Source: Candidatus Allofournierella merdavium
GTDB lineage: Bacteria > Bacillota > Clostridia > Oscillospirales > Ruminococcaceae
NCBI GenBank assembly: GCA_019118765.1
Contig: DWYI01000049.1
Location: 17,059-81,058 of the forward strand
DNA length: 64,000 bases
Direction of reading: 5' to 3'
Shown: positions 38,852 to 48,291 of the stretch, in pieces
Numbering within the stretch: the stretch's first letter is position 1
How the letters are laid out: each line of letters begins with the position of its first letter
Translations under genes and position numbers: made by a program
The notes under the pieces: model-generated
Seen by the model: only the letters and a program-made list of their open reading frames with translations
Database searches by the model: none
Told to the model about the DNA's origin: nothing

Positions 38852-41419
38852 TTATGCCAGCCGGTGACGCTCCAGCCAGGGGGTGAGGGTGGGTTTGCCC
38901 GCGCGGATGCGCTTTGCCCGCGCCGTGAACACGACCAGCGTCAGCAGGGTGAACACCGCGGCCCACACCGCCAGATACACGGCGCAGCCGGTCACGTCCT
39001 GCCCGGCGCAGATGGCGCTGCGGAAGGCCTTGACGGTGTAGGTGAAGGGCACCCAATCGTACAGGTACTTCACAAAGGAGCCGGAAATTTCCAGCGGGTA
39101 GGTGCCCACCGAGCCGGCCAGCTGCACCACCATGAACACCAGCATCAAAAAGCTGCCGATGCAGCCCAGCAGGCTGGTGAAGAAGTACATCACCGACATG
39201 AAGGTGACCGCCGCCAGGCAGGCGATGAGCAGGGCCTGCCCCATCCGGGCGGGGGAGAAGCCGTCCAGCGCGTGCAGCGCGCCCACCATCACCACCGCCT
39301 GCAAGATCGCCACCGGGTAGAGCACCGACGCCTTGCTCAGCCACCAGGCCGCGCCGCTCTTCATCTCGCCCTGGTACTCGGTGAGGGGGTACATCAGGCT
39401 GAAAGCGATGCATCCCACCCACAGCGCCACCGACATCATGTAGGGCGCCATGGCGTGACCGTTGTTGGGCACATCGGTGAGTTGGGTCTCGCCGGCGCTC
39501 ACCGGGGCGGCGATCATCTCGGCCACTTCATCGCCGGTGTTGGTCTCGGCGATCTGCTGCGCTCCGTCCGAAAGGGATGCGCCCAGTGTGGCGGAGCCCT
39601 CCCGCAGCTGACCGAGGCCGTCGGTCAGTTCGCCGCTGCCCTCATAGAGTTTGGACGCGCCGTCCCCGATTTGGGCTGCGCCATCGGCCAGGGCCGCGGC
39701 GCCGCTGTTCAGCGCGGCGCTGTTCTTCTGCAATTCGCCGGTGCCGCTTGCCAGCTGCCCGGCGCCCTGCTGCAGGTCGCCGGCGCCGGTCTGCAGCCGG
39801 GTCAGCCCGTCGGTGAGAGCGGGCAGTTTGGCGGAGAGGTCGCCCAGGCCAGTCTGCAGCGCCGCGCTGCCCCCGGCCAGCTGGGCCAGGCCGCCGCTCA
39901 GGTCCTGCGCGCCCTGGCGCACCACACTGGTGCCCTCCTGCTGCAGCTTCTGGCCTCCCTGGGCGGCCTGGTCGATGCCCTGGGCCAGCAGCGGCGCCTG
40001 CTGGGCGAGGGTGGCGGTACCCTGCTGCAGGGTGGTGAGCCCGCCGGTCAATTCCGCGGATCGGCCTGCCATCTGGCCGAGCCCGTCGGCCAGCGTGGGC
40101 AGCCCCATGGCCGGGTCCACCAGGGCGGCGGCCCCGGCGGCGGACGTATCCACCCCGGCGGTGTATTCGCCGATGCCCGCCTGCAGCGCCGCAGCGCTCT
40201 GCTGCAGCTGGCTCAGGGTCTCCGGGGGGATGGTGCCCCCCTGCGTCGCCAGCGCCGTGATGCTTTGGACCAGCGCGGCCGCCCCGTCGTTCAGCGCGGC
40301 GGACTTGCCGGCCAGCGCCTGCAGGCCGTCGTTCAGCTGCACCGCGCCGTCCCGGGCGGTGTTCGCCCCGGCCGAGGCGGTCTGCAATCCGCTTTGCAGT
40401 TCGGTGGCGCCGGCAAGGGCCTGCTGGGCCCCGGCGTCCAGCGCCGCCGCGCTGTCGGGCAGGCCGGCGGTCTGGGTCTGAAGCTGGGCAAGGCCACCGT
40501 TCAGTTCGGTGAGTTTGTCGTCCACCTGGGCCGCCCCGGCGGCCAGCGTATCGCCGCCGGACTTGGCGCTGTCCACGCCGCTGGCCAGATCCTGCACGCC
40601 CTGGCTCAGTTTGCCCGCCCCCTCTGTCAATGCGGGGGCCGCCTGGCCCAGCTGCCCCGCGCCCTGGGCCAGCTGGTCGGCGCCGTCCTTCAGTTTGGCC
40701 GCGCCCTGGGCCGCCGCGTCTACCCCGGCGGTGTACTGGGCCAGCCCTTCGGTGAGCTGGGTGCTGCCGCTGCGGAAGGTGAGGGTGCTGTCCGCCAGAA
40801 GTTTGAGGTTGTCCCGGATGGTCTGGCCGCCCTGGGCCAGATCCTCCGCGCCCTCTTCCAGTTTTGCCGCCCCGTCGGCACCCTCCTGCAGCCCGTCGCC
40901 GATGTCCGCCAGCTGCTCCAGCATGGTCTCGGCGTAGGTCCGGGTCACCTCCTGGCGCACCTGGGCTTCGATCTTGGCCATGGCGCTCTCCCCCAGTTTG
41001 GAGGCGATGTAGTTGGTGCCAGGATTGGTCTCATAGGCCAGCTGCATCTGCCGGGGCGAGGCGTCGGTGACGGTGGCCGCACTGGCCGAAAAATCTTTGG
41101 GAATGGTGATGACCATGTAGTAGGTCCCGTCGGCCAGGCCCTGCTGCGCGGCCTGACTGTCCACAAAGTGAAAGTCGAGGGAGCCGTCCTCCCGCAGATT
41201 GTCCGCCAGTTCGCTGCCGATGGCCAGCGTCTCTCCCCGGTACTCCACCGGTTCGTCCTCGTTCACCACCGCCACCGGCAGGTGTTCCACACTGCCGTAG
41301 GGGTCCCACATGGACCCGAGAAACAGCGTGGTGTAGATGGTGGGGATGGCCACCACCGCCGCCATCACCACCAGCATGATCCAATTGCTCCGCAGAGCAT
41401 TCCATTCGTTCTTCAACAT
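38852..41419 (-). CDS. YhgE/Pip-domain membrane protein
   Basis: Track ORF trimmed to MLKNEWNALRSNWIMLVV. N-terminal TM helix, then YhgE motif LGSMWDPYG..LPVAVVNED. Long A/G/Q/L-rich repeat region and a C-terminal 5-TM ABC-2-like bundle. Confidence 0.85.
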   Translation of the reverse strand: MLKNEWNALRSNWIMLVVMAAVVAIPTIYTTLFLGSMWDPYGSVEHLPVAVVNEDEPVEYRGETLAIGSELADNLREDGSLDFHFVDSQAAQQGLADGTYYMVITIPKDFSASAATVTDASPRQMQLAYETNPGTNYIASKLGESAMAKIEAQVRQEVTRTYAETMLEQLADIGDGLQEGADGAAKLEEGAEDLAQGGQTIRDNLKLLADSTLTFRSGSTQLTEGLAQYTAGVDAAAQGAAKLKDGADQLAQGAGQLGQAAPALTEGAGKLSQGVQDLASGVDSAKSGGDTLAAGAAQVDDKLTELNGGLAQLQTQTAGLPDSAAALDAGAQQALAGATELQSGLQTASAGANTARDGAVQLNDGLQALAGKSAALNDGAAALVQSITALATQGGTIPPETLSQLQQSAAALQAGIGEYTAGVDTSAAGAAALVDPAMGLPTLADGLGQMAGRSAELTGGLTTLQQGTATLAQQAPLLAQGIDQAAQGGQKLQQEGTSVVRQGAQDLSGGLAQLAGGSAALQTGLGDLSAKLPALTDGLTRLQTGAGDLQQGAGQLASGTGELQKNSAALNSGAAALADGAAQIGDGASKLYEGSGELTDGLGQLREGSATLGASLSDGAQQIAETNTGDEVAEMIAAPVSAGETQLTDVPNNGHAMAPYMMSVALWVGCIAFSLMYPLTEYQGEMKSGAAWWLSKASVLYPVAILQAVVMVGALHALDGFSPARMGQALLIACLAAVTFMSVMYFFTSLLGCIGSFLMLVFMVVQLAGSVGTYPLEISGSFVKYLYDWVPFTYTVKAFRSAICAGQDVTGCAVYLAVWAAVFTLLTLVVFTARAKRIRAGKPTLTPWLERHRLA

Positions 41420-41642
41420 GGTTTGAAATTCCGCACCCTTTCCCCGCGACGTTAAAAGCGACACGAAGTTGATTTTTCATCGCGGTATTGCTTTTTCTGC
41501 GAAGAGAATTATACTGAAAGGGGGAAAAACAAACAACCGTTGATTTTTAGCCGAAATGATGTTTAATAGACATAATGACGAAAAACTGTTGAACATTCAA
41601 AAAAGATTTACAATTCGCCCGGCGGGCGAACAAGGAGAGGCC

Positions 41643-42230
41643 ATGGACGAGACAAAGGACCGGCGCATCCGGCGCACCCGCCGGCAGATACGGCGGGCGC
41701 TGGCGCAGCTGATGCAGCAAAAGAGCGCCAGCGAGGTGACGGTGAAGGAGTTGGTGGATCTGGCGGACATCAACCGCTCCACCTTCTACCTGCATTACAG
41801 CGATATCTTCGATCTGCTGGGAGCGGTGGAGGAGGAGTTGTTCCGTGAGATACGGGCGGCGGTGGACGCTCACCCGGTGAGCGCTTTTGAGCAGGAGGGT
41901 CTGGCCTTCATCGAGGAGGTCTTCTCGATCCTCTACGAAAACCGGGAGATCTGCGCCGCCCTGGTGGGCCCCCACGGGGACATGGCCTTCCTCCACCGCA
42001 TCGAGCGGATGATGGCGGAGAACGTGCTGCCCCGGCTGCAGGAGAATTTTCCCGACCGGCGCAGCAGCATCGACTACGGCTATGCCTTTTGCACCACCGG
42101 CGCGGTGGGCCTCATCAAGCACTGGCTGGCGGCCGGGTGCGCCGAGCCGCCCCAGGAGATGGCGCAGCAGACCTACCGGATGATCCACAACATGATGACC
42201 CTGGGCCTGGGTCATCCCGACCGGGGCTGA
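41643..42230 (+). CDS. TetR/AcrR-family transcriptional regulator
   Basis: RRIRRTRRQIRRALAQLMQQKSASEVTVKELVDLADINRSTFYLHY is a classic TetR N-terminal HTH. Confidence 0.9.
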   Translation: MDETKDRRIRRTRRQIRRALAQLMQQKSASEVTVKELVDLADINRSTFYLHYSDIFDLLGAVEEELFREIRAAVDAHPVSAFEQEGLAFIEEVFSILYENREICAALVGPHGDMAFLHRIERMMAENVLPRLQENFPDRRSSIDYGYAFCTTGAVGLIKHWLAAGCAEPPQEMAQQTYRMIHNMMTLGLGHPDRG

Positions 42231-42240
42231 CCGGCAGGAA

Positions 42241-42283
42241 AAACGCCCCCCATCGCCGCAAACAGCGGCGATGGGGGGCGTTT
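42241..42283. terminator. bidirectional intrinsic terminator
   Basis: aaacgccccccatcgccgc / aaaca / gcggcgatggggggcgttt, between convergent genes. Confidence 0.8.
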
Positions 42284-42305
42284 GCTGCGCTTGCCGGGAA
42301 GGGGA

Positions 42306-43343
42306 TCACTCGGCGCGCGCCATGGCCTGACGGAAATCGGACGTATCGGTGAAGATCTCGTTCTTGTAGGGATTCTTTTTCTGCTGCACGGCGCGCTTGA
42401 TAATAATGGCCAGCACGATGACGTTGGCGGCCAGCGCCAGAACGGCGATCACGCCCTGCATGGTGGGGTCGGCGGCGGTGGGCCGCACGGTGGGATCCAT
42501 CACCCCGTCGGCATACAGCACCGGCAGGGTGCTGAACACGCTGGCGTCCTGGAACAGGGGGAACACCTGGGCGAACATGCACCACAGCGCCAGGGTGTTG
42601 GCCCGGTTCTGGATCCAGCCGCCCTTGTTCCACAGCGCGTTGGCAAAGGTGGGGGCCAGCAGCAGGGCCAGGCCGCAGTACCAGGCGTGGGTGGGCAGGT
42701 TATTGTAGGTGTATTCGAAGTTCCACAGGTCGTAGGCGATGATGTACAGCACGGTCATGTCCGGCCAGAGCATGTCGTCCCGCTTTTTGGAGGAGTAGAT
42801 GCCCCACCAGCCGGTCATGCACAGGATGTTCAGGATGCCGGCGATGCCGTTCACCCAGTTCCACCAGCCGCCGTAGAGCCAGACGTTCTCGCTGGACAGC
42901 CACCACCGCTCGCCGGTGGCGGCCAGGGCCATGGTGCCCCGGATGCCGGACTCAAAGTCGCTTCCCACGGCGATGAGGATGTTGATGGCCACGATCACAA
43001 AGGGGAAGGCCTTGAACCAGTGGGTCTTGCCCACGCCCCACTTGTACTTGAGCATCATGAAGCCGATGCACCCGGCGGTGGCGGCGTAGAGCTTGGCGTA
43101 GTGGAACCAGCTGTTCATGTGGGTGTAGGTGGGGTTGGTCAGCGCCCATTCAGCCCCCATGGCCGCGCCCACATAGATGGAGATGAAATAGACGGTCAGC
43201 CCCGCGGGCAGGATGAGAAAGCAGAAGATGCCGCCCTGGGGCGTGCGGCGGGCCACCTCGTTGGCCAGAACCAGCCCCGCGAACACCAGCAGCCAGCCCA
43301 GCAGCTGCCAGCCGGCGGTATCCCCGTAGATTTGAAACAACAT
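42306..43343 (-). CDS. uncharacterised Trp-rich polytopic membrane protein (last gene of the hyp-containing operon)
   Basis: 345 aa with about 9-10 hydrophobic helices and no recognisable transporter signature. Starts 33 nt downstream of hypA on the same strand. Confidence 0.6.
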   Translation of the reverse strand: MLFQIYGDTAGWQLLGWLLVFAGLVLANEVARRTPQGGIFCFLILPAGLTVYFISIYVGAAMGAEWALTNPTYTHMNSWFHYAKLYAATAGCIGFMMLKYKWGVGKTHWFKAFPFVIVAINILIAVGSDFESGIRGTMALAATGERWWLSSENVWLYGGWWNWVNGIAGILNILCMTGWWGIYSSKKRDDMLWPDMTVLYIIAYDLWNFEYTYNNLPTHAWYCGLALLLAPTFANALWNKGGWIQNRANTLALWCMFAQVFPLFQDASVFSTLPVLYADGVMDPTVRPTAADPTMQGVIAVLALAANVIVLAIIIKRAVQQKKNPYKNEIFTDTSDFRQAMARAE

Positions 43344-43376
43344 GATGATTCCTCCTTGTCTATATACGACATTAAA

Positions 43377-43763
43377 TTACAAATTGGATTTTGGATTTTC
43401 GGTCAGAGGGGGCGGCTCGTCCGGCACCGCGATATCCCGGATGAGCATTTCATTGCCCTGCACCAGGTGGGTCTGCCCGCTGCCGCAGGCGGGGCAGGTG
43501 CGCCCATGTTCCAGTGTGGCGTACACCTGGCCGCACGCTTCGCACAGGGTGCGGGCGGGGATGGCCTTGACCCGCAGTTCCGCGCCGGTGAGCATTTCCG
43601 AGCGGGCGGCGGCCCACTTCCAGCAGTCCTGGAGGTAGTCTCCCACCACGCCGGACACCTCGCCCAGCTCCAGCGTCACGGCCTTCACCCGCTGGACGCC
43701 GTGCTCCCGGCCGGCGGCCTCCACCGTCTTGATGATGTGGAATACGATGCCCAGTTCGTGCAT
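43377..43763 (-). CDS. hypA: hydrogenase/urease-type nickel metallochaperone HypA
   Basis: Track ORF trimmed to MHELGIV (the MHE nickel site). Zinc knuckle CEACG..CPACGS. About 128 aa. Confidence 0.85.
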   Translation of the reverse strand: MHELGIVFHIIKTVEAAGREHGVQRVKAVTLELGEVSGVVGDYLQDCWKWAAARSEMLTGAELRVKAIPARTLCEACGQVYATLEHGRTCPACGSGQTHLVQGNEMLIRDIAVPDEPPPLTENPKSNL

Positions 43764-43768
43764 GGCCC

Positions 43769-46525
43769 TCAGCCCTTCCTGCCGAATTTCAGCCGCAGGC
43801 CCCGCTTCACCATGTAGGGCAGGATGGCCTTGAACTTGTCCTCGGTGCGCACCATGGTGCTGCACGCGGGCAGGTCGCGGGAGAGGTGGATGGCGTCAAA
43901 TTCGCACTTGGTGGTGCAGATGCCGCAGCCGATGCACTTGTTCGGGTCCACCACCGACGCGCCGCAGCCAAGGCAGCGGGCGGTCTCGGTCTTGACCTGT
44001 TCCTCGGTGAGGGTGCCGTGGGTGTCCCGGAAGGAGAGGCCCGGCGCGGGGGGCGCGGCCTCCTGGCGGGCGGCGTTGTCGTAACCGGCCAGCACCAGGT
44101 CGTCCTTGTCCAGCTGGATGAAGTCCCGCCGGTTGCGGCCGATGGTGAGGCTGGTGTCCGGCTGCACAAAGCGGTGGATGGACACCGCGCCCTCCTTGCC
44201 GGCGGCGATGGCCTCGATGGCAAAGCCGGGGCCGGTGTACACGTCGCCGCCCACGAACACATCCGGCTGGGCGGTCTGATAGGTGAGGGCGTCCGCCGCG
44301 GCGCGCCCGCCGCGGGCCAGCTCCACCTTGCTGCCCTGGAGCAGGTCACCCCAGAGAATGCTCTGGCCGATGCTCAGGAAGACCCGCTCGCAGGGCACCG
44401 TCACGGTGTCGGCCTCGTCGTACACCGGGGCAAAGCGGCCCTGGGCGTCGGTCACCGAGAGGCACCGCTTGAACACCACGCCGGTGACCTTTCCGTTCTC
44501 GGTGAGAATTTCCCTGGGGCCCCAGCCGCAGTTCACCCGCACCTGCTCGGCCTCGGCTTCGGCCACCTCCTCGGCGGTGGCGGGCATGGCCTGCCGGTCT
44601 TCCAGGCAGAACATGGAGACCTCCTCTGCGCCGCAGCGGCGGGCGGTGCGGGCCACGTCGATGGCCACGTTGCCGCCGCCGATGACCACGGCGCGGCCGG
44701 TCACGGAGGTGTGCTCGTCCTCGGCCACCGCGTGCAGGAAATCCACGGCGGTCATCACGCCCGCGGCGTCCTCGCCGGGCACGCCCGCCTTCCGGCCGCC
44801 CTGGCAGCCGATGGCGACGTAAAAAGCCTTGTAGCCTTCGGCCCGCAGCTGGTCCAGGGTCACGTCCCTGCCCACCTCCACGCCGCAGCGGATGTCCACG
44901 CCCATGGCGCGGATGACGTCGATCTCCGCCGCCACCACGTCCTTCTCCAGCTTGTAGGAGGGGATGCCGTACACCAGCATGCCGCCGGGCCGGGCGTTCT
45001 TTTCAAACACAGTGGGCTTGTAGCCCTTTTCCGCCAGGTAGTAGGCACAGGACAGGCCCGCCGGCCCCGCGCCGATGATGGCGATCTTTTCGTCAAAGCC
45101 GCCCCGGTTGGTGGGGGCCACCACCGGCGGGATGTAGCGGGTGGCGGCGTCCAGGTCCTTCTGGGCGATGAACTTCTTCACCGCGTCGATGGCCACCGCC
45201 GCGTCCACATTGCCGCGGGTGCAGGCGTCTTCGCAGCGGCGGTTGCACACCCGGCCGCAGACGGCGGGGAAGGGGTTCTCCTTCTTGATGAGGGCCAGCG
45301 CCTCGGTGTAGCGCCCCTGGGCCGCCATCTTCAGGTAGCCCTGCACCGCGATGTGGGCGGGGCAGGCGGTCTTGCAGGGGGCGGTGCCGGTGTCGTGGCA
45401 GTTCACGCGGTTTTTGTCCCGGTAGTCCACCGTCCATTTCTCCGGGCCCCAGGGGGTCACCGCCGCATCCTCTATCCGGGGATACTCCACCCGGCCGTTT
45501 TTGGTGCACAGCTTCTGACCCAGCTTTACCGCGCCTGCCGGGCAGAACTCCACACAGCGGCCGCAGGCCACACAGTTCTCGGTGGTCACATGGGCCACAT
45601 AGGCCGACCGGCCCAGGTTGGGGGTGTTGAACATCTGGCTCAGCCGCAAAGCGTTGCAGATGTTCACGTTGCAGTTGCAGATGGCGAAAATCTTGTTCTC
45701 GCCGTCGATGTTGGTGATCTGGTGCACAAAGCCGTTGTCCTCGGCCCGCTTTAAAATGCGCAGCACCTCGTCGTAGTCCACATAGCGGCCTTTTTTGGTC
45801 TCCACCAGATAGTCCGCCATGTCGCCCACGCCGATGCACCAGTCCTCCGGGTCGTCGCCGCAGCCCTCGCCCAGCTTCGCCCGGCTCATCCGGCAGCTGC
45901 AGGGGCTGGCGGCGTACTTGCCGTCGTACTTTTTCAGCCAGTGGCTGATGTGCTCGATGTCCACCGACTGATTCTCGGTCTCGATGGCCTTCTCCACCGG
46001 GATGACGTGCATGCCGATGCCCGCGCCGCCCGGCGGGATCATGGCGGGGATGTGCTCCAGGGGCAGAAAGGTCATCCGCTCGAAGAAGGCGGTCACCTCC
46101 GGATGCTCCTCGATCTGGTGCTTCTGCATATTGAAGAACTCGGCGCTGCCCGGCACGAACATGGGCAGCACATACTGCTTTTCGTGCCGCTCGTTCTCCC
46201 AGTTGTATTCCAGCAGGCCCACATAGCTCATCTGGTAGAGCAGCGGCTCCAGCTCCTCGGCGCTGCGGCCGGTGGCCTTCACCAGCTGGGGCAGCGTCAT
46301 GGGCTTGCGCACCTCCATCTTGAGGGCCACGTCCGCCATCTCGTCGGTCACAAGGCCCGCCAGGCCCCAGTATTCCGGGTCGTCGCCGGTGACGCCCTTC
46401 AGCTTCGCGGGGATGCGGTCGGTGATCTTGCGCCCCAGCTTCAGAATCTTCTCCCGGGGCTGCTCGTCCCGGGGGATCTCAAAGGACAGTTTGCTCTCGT
46501 CCAGGGGGAAATGGGTCTCACTCAT
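43769..46525 (-). CDS. multidomain Fe-S flavoprotein oxidoreductase (GltD-like NAD(P)H/FAD module plus ferredoxin domains and a Cys-rich N-terminal domain)
   Basis: Track ORF trimmed to MSETHF. CVACGRCVEFCPAGA and CIGCGICTTKCEFDA are 4Fe-4S motifs. CKTACPAH..CGRVCNRRCEDAC is a GltD-type cluster region. IAIIGAGPAGLSCAYYL is an FAD loop. The N-terminal ~330 aa carry SPCSCR..CGDDPEDWC and AICNCNVNIC motifs. Confidence 0.8.
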   Translation of the reverse strand: MSETHFPLDESKLSFEIPRDEQPREKILKLGRKITDRIPAKLKGVTGDDPEYWGLAGLVTDEMADVALKMEVRKPMTLPQLVKATGRSAEELEPLLYQMSYVGLLEYNWENERHEKQYVLPMFVPGSAEFFNMQKHQIEEHPEVTAFFERMTFLPLEHIPAMIPPGGAGIGMHVIPVEKAIETENQSVDIEHISHWLKKYDGKYAASPCSCRMSRAKLGEGCGDDPEDWCIGVGDMADYLVETKKGRYVDYDEVLRILKRAEDNGFVHQITNIDGENKIFAICNCNVNICNALRLSQMFNTPNLGRSAYVAHVTTENCVACGRCVEFCPAGAVKLGQKLCTKNGRVEYPRIEDAAVTPWGPEKWTVDYRDKNRVNCHDTGTAPCKTACPAHIAVQGYLKMAAQGRYTEALALIKKENPFPAVCGRVCNRRCEDACTRGNVDAAVAIDAVKKFIAQKDLDAATRYIPPVVAPTNRGGFDEKIAIIGAGPAGLSCAYYLAEKGYKPTVFEKNARPGGMLVYGIPSYKLEKDVVAAEIDVIRAMGVDIRCGVEVGRDVTLDQLRAEGYKAFYVAIGCQGGRKAGVPGEDAAGVMTAVDFLHAVAEDEHTSVTGRAVVIGGGNVAIDVARTARRCGAEEVSMFCLEDRQAMPATAEEVAEAEAEQVRVNCGWGPREILTENGKVTGVVFKRCLSVTDAQGRFAPVYDEADTVTVPCERVFLSIGQSILWGDLLQGSKVELARGGRAAADALTYQTAQPDVFVGGDVYTGPGFAIEAIAAGKEGAVSIHRFVQPDTSLTIGRNRRDFIQLDKDDLVLAGYDNAARQEAAPPAPGLSFRDTHGTLTEEQVKTETARCLGCGASVVDPNKCIGCGICTTKCEFDAIHLSRDLPACSTMVRTEDKFKAILPYMVKRGLRLKFGRKG

Positions 46526-47231
46526 GGCCGTTCTCCTTTTTCGTTTCTTCGCCCCGCCAGGCGCGCACCTCCCGGCGCAGCCAGTCGTACCAGGCGTCCA
46601 TTCCCTCGCCGGTGGCGGCGCAGATGGGGATGACCTGCGCCTTCGGGTTGCGCATCCGCACATATTCGGTGCATTTCGCAAGATCAAAGTTGAAATAGGG
46701 CAGCACGTCGATCTTGTTCACCAGCACCACGTCGCACACCTGGAACATCAGCGGGTACTTCAGGGGCTTGTCGTGGCCCTCCGGCACCGACAGGATCATG
46801 GCGTTCTTCGCCGCGCCGGTGTCAAATTCCGCCGGGCAGACCAGGTTGCCCACGTTCTCCAGAATGGCCAGTTCCACGTCGTCGAGGCCAAGGCCGTCCA
46901 GCCCCTGCCGGGTCATGCCCGCGTCCAGGTGGCACATTCCGCCGGTGTGCAGCTGGATGGACTTCGCACCCGCCGCCGCGATGGCGCGGGCGTCCACGTC
47001 CGAGTCGATGTCCGCCTCCATCACGCCGATCTTGAACTCGCCCTTCAGCGCCGCGATGGTGCGGGTCAGGGTAGTGGTCTTGCCCGAGCCGGGGCTGGAC
47101 ATCAGGTTCAAAAGGAACACGCCCTTTTCCTTCAGCTCGGCCCGCAGCTGCGCCGCCTCCTGGTCGTTGGAGGCGAACACGCTCTGGCGGATCTCCAGGA
47201 TTTTAAATGATTCCATTCTCTCACGCTCCAT
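46518..47231 (-). CDS. hypB: nickel-inserting GTPase HypB (G3E family)
   Basis: P-loop SSPGSGKTT, CH motif GGMCHLDA, ENVGNLVCPAEFD and NKID. The stop overlaps the downstream start by 8 nt (ATGAGTGA). The start may instead be ATG 47216. Confidence 0.88.
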   Translation of the reverse strand: MERERMESFKILEIRQSVFASNDQEAAQLRAELKEKGVFLLNLMSSPGSGKTTTLTRTIAALKGEFKIGVMEADIDSDVDARAIAAAGAKSIQLHTGGMCHLDAGMTRQGLDGLGLDDVELAILENVGNLVCPAEFDTGAAKNAMILSVPEGHDKPLKYPLMFQVCDVVLVNKIDVLPYFNFDLAKCTEYVRMRNPKAQVIPICAATGEGMDAWYDWLRREVRAWRGEETKKENGHE

Positions 47232-47420
47232 GGGTCATAACATTGGCCCAATGTGGTCGGGCCAGCGAAAAAGCGCACAGGGCCTGATAAGCGCCGCTGC
47301 ACGTTAAAAGAATAACATTCCCGGGAGAAAAGGTCAATGTGCCGGGAATTTTTCGCCTCTTTGTGCAAAAAAACTCCTTGGCCTTCGGCCTTTTGCATGG
47401 TAAAATAAGGGTGTGGTATC

Positions 47421-47431
47421 TGGTATGACCA
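47421..47431. promoter_or_regulatory. candidate GntR/FadR-type operator (TGGT-N3-ACCA)
   Basis: tggtatgacca palindrome, with an adjacent tggtat direct copy at 47414. Located in the divergent hypB / gntR intergenic region, just upstream of the gntR RBS. Confidence 0.35.
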
Positions 47432-47450
47432 ATACGAGGAGGAACGAGCC

Positions 47451-48158
47451 GTGGAATTTGAGAAACTCTCCGCCCCCAGCCTGAAGGATCTGTTCGTAAA
47501 GCAGATACAGGGAATGATCCTCTCGGGGGAGCTGGCCGAGGGAGCGATGCTGCCTCCCGAGCGGGAACTGGCCCGTCAGATGCAGGTGAGCCGGGCGGTG
47601 GTGAACGGGGGCCTGGCGGAACTGGCGGCGCAAGGGTTTGTGGAGATACGCCCGCGGCAGGGCACCTGCGTGGCGAATTACCGGCGCAACGGCAACCTGA
47701 GCACCCTCATCGCCATCATGGAGTACAACGGCGGCACCCTGGGCCGGGAGGAGATACGCTCCATCCTGGAGGTGCGCCGTGCGCTGGAGCATCTGGCGGT
47801 GGGGCTCATCCTGCGCAACGCCACCGACCAGGACATGAGCCGCCTGGGGGACCATGTGGCGCGCATTGCCGGGGCCAAAACGCCCCAGCAGGCGGCGGAG
47901 CGGGCTTTTGAGTTCCAGCACGAACTGGCGCTCATCAGTGGCAACAGCATCCTGCCGCTGTTTTACTATTCCTTCCGGGCGCCGGTCATCATGCTGTGGG
48001 TGCGCTTTTGCCGCCGCTACGGCATCGAGGCCCTGTGCCGCAACACGGAACTGCTCTACACCCATCTGAAAAACCGGGACGAGGCGCAGCTGCGCCGCTG
48101 GATCGACAGCTACCTGGGCGAAGCCATTGAGGGCAGCCAGCAGGTGTACAGCGAGTGA
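47451..48158 (+). CDS. GntR-family (FadR/FCD subfamily) transcriptional regulator
   Basis: LPPERELARQMQVSRAVVNGGLAELAAQGFVEIRPRQGTCV winged HTH, plus a helical C-terminal domain. GTG start behind gaggagg. Confidence 0.88.
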   Translation: MEFEKLSAPSLKDLFVKQIQGMILSGELAEGAMLPPERELARQMQVSRAVVNGGLAELAAQGFVEIRPRQGTCVANYRRNGNLSTLIAIMEYNGGTLGREEIRSILEVRRALEHLAVGLILRNATDQDMSRLGDHVARIAGAKTPQQAAERAFEFQHELALISGNSILPLFYYSFRAPVIMLWVRFCRRYGIEALCRNTELLYTHLKNRDEAQLRRWIDSYLGEAIEGSQQVYSE

Positions 48159-48291
48159 GGCGCCGGGCGCCCGGAACGGCGGAATGAAAAGACGATTCAA
48201 AAAGAGGCCGGCGGGAACAGCTTTTGGCCTTCCCATTTTTTGCGCAAGGCGCTATAATAAGGAAAACAGAAGGAAAGCAGGGGAGAATGTT

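Noticed and set aside
39500-40900. Highly repetitive A/G/Q/L-rich central region of the 855-aa membrane protein, considered as a novel surface-repeat protein
   Set aside because: The N-terminal LGSMWDPYG..VAVVNED motif, the degenerate X-X-X-Leu-X-X-Gly-type repeats and the C-terminal multi-TM bundle are the standard architecture of YhgE/Pip-family proteins. Nothing is unusual beyond family membership.
38864-41455. 863-aa plus-strand ORF, together with similar long alternate-frame ORFs in the GC-rich half
   Set aside because: All are antisense to, or out of frame with, genes carrying strong family motifs. Their translations are Gly/Arg/Ala/His/Pro-rich low-complexity sequence, typical of stop-codon-poor GC-rich DNA. 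The other ORFs of this kind are 29470..30735, 30795..32435, 34905..36794, 36833..38797, 43886..45754, 50256..51701, 55542..57326, 57263..58816 and 61749..63683.
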